This document shows positions 63,269 to 64,000 of a stretch of DNA of 64,000 nucleotides, in pieces (positions within the stretch are counted from its first letter, which is position 1; each line of letters starts with the position of its first letter). Below the pieces are notes generated by a model. That model did no database searches. It saw nothing but the letters and a program-made list of their open reading frames with translations, and had not been told where the DNA came from. The translations under genes were made by a program, and so were the position numbers. The stretch is from Heterodontus francisci (lineage: Eukaryota): assembly GCF_036365525.1 (NCBI RefSeq), contig NC_090376.1, positions 78,970,737 to 79,034,736 of the forward strand. Reading direction: 5' to 3'.

Positions 63269-64000
63269 TGGCTGCCTTTGCTGACAATGCAACCACTAGG
63301 TGGCGCAGTACTGGCATATGCGCAAATGCAGCCTCATCAACTGAAACATCACTGCCTGTGATGTCTCAGGCGGCTGCCAGTAATAAAGATGGCGCTGCTC
63401 AATTTGACACAATAAAGGCTGCGATCACCATCTCCACCTCCCCCCCCAACTGTATCTTGCTACTTCCCGCCATCTCCGGTTCTCTTTGTCGCTCCCTCCC
63501 ATGCACATCTGCTCACTCCCCACCTCCCCTACCCTCGGCTGCTCCCCCCCACAACTTCGGCCGCTCACTCACCACTTCCCTCCTCGGCCGCCCGCTCCCC
63601 TCCTCGCTGCCCGGAGAAGCGGTGGGGGGGGGGGGGGGGGGAAGACAGGGAACGGGAGACGAGTGGCCGAAGCAGGAAGGCAGGGAGCGAGCAGCCAAAA
63701 GCCGGTGGTGGGGGGGGGGGGGGGTGAAAGCGGCAAAGTGGGGAGCCAGTGGCCAGGGGATGGGTGGCAGCAGCAAGGTGGGGAGTGAGTGGCCGAGTTA
63801 GGTGGAAGCAGCGATGCAGGATGGAGTGGCGAGTAGTCGGGAGCGGGAAATTGAAAGCGGCGATTTAGGCAGGGATGGTCGGAGGGAGCGGGATACCGTG
63901 AGGGGGATTGGAGGTGGTGACCGTAGCTATTGAGGGATGAGGACGTCATTGCACGGTGAAGTCAGCACGCGCATGTGCACATTCATATTGGCAAGATGGC
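63269..64000. mobile_element. Unclassified non-autonomous element, copy 2 (runs off window)
   Basis: First ~140 bp highly similar to 61540-61680; same downstream GAGGACGTCATTGC motif. Confidence 0.55.

Noticed and set aside
61626-63949. Overlapping Pro/Gly/Ala-rich ORFs (also at 11211-11661 and 54728-56444)
   Set aside because: Stop-codon scarcity in GC-rich repeats; no domain, and frames are not conserved between the two copies.
1-64000. CRISPR arrays or prokaryotic systems
   Set aside because: Eukaryotic intron-exon DNA; no regularly spaced direct repeats.

Overview
Vertebrate genomic DNA, almost certainly from a cartilaginous fish (shark-type HE1/V-SINEs, HER1/CR1 LINEs, Deu-domain SINEs). 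The window holds a complete 4-coding-exon TMEM126A gene (+, 35280-53471, 205 aa). It sits head-to-head with the 5' end of DLG2 (- strand; 19-nt first coding exon MPVKKQ of the L27-domain isoform at 33058-33076) across a CpG-rich bidirectional promoter (~34300-34450). Almost everything else is nested transposable elements: a decayed Gypsy LTR element, more than 12 CR1 fragments, L2 fragments, solo LTRs with 4-bp TSDs, a two-gene Harbinger transposon with related MITEs, two kinds of Penelope-like elements (PLEs), and tRNA-derived SINEs. The most notable signals are three. (i) At least 8 minimal, dimer-type hammerhead ribozyme motifs lie in PLE pseudo-LTRs, and several insertions break or fold back right at the ribozyme, including a 157-bp near-perfect palindrome centred on helix II. 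(ii) A ~3.7-kb CR1-group LINE has no room for ORF1 and begins with a tRNA/SINE-like Pol III head. (iii) A CR1 carries an internal deletion fusing ORF1 to ORF2. Repeat boundaries were read by eye and are approximate unless TSDs are quoted.
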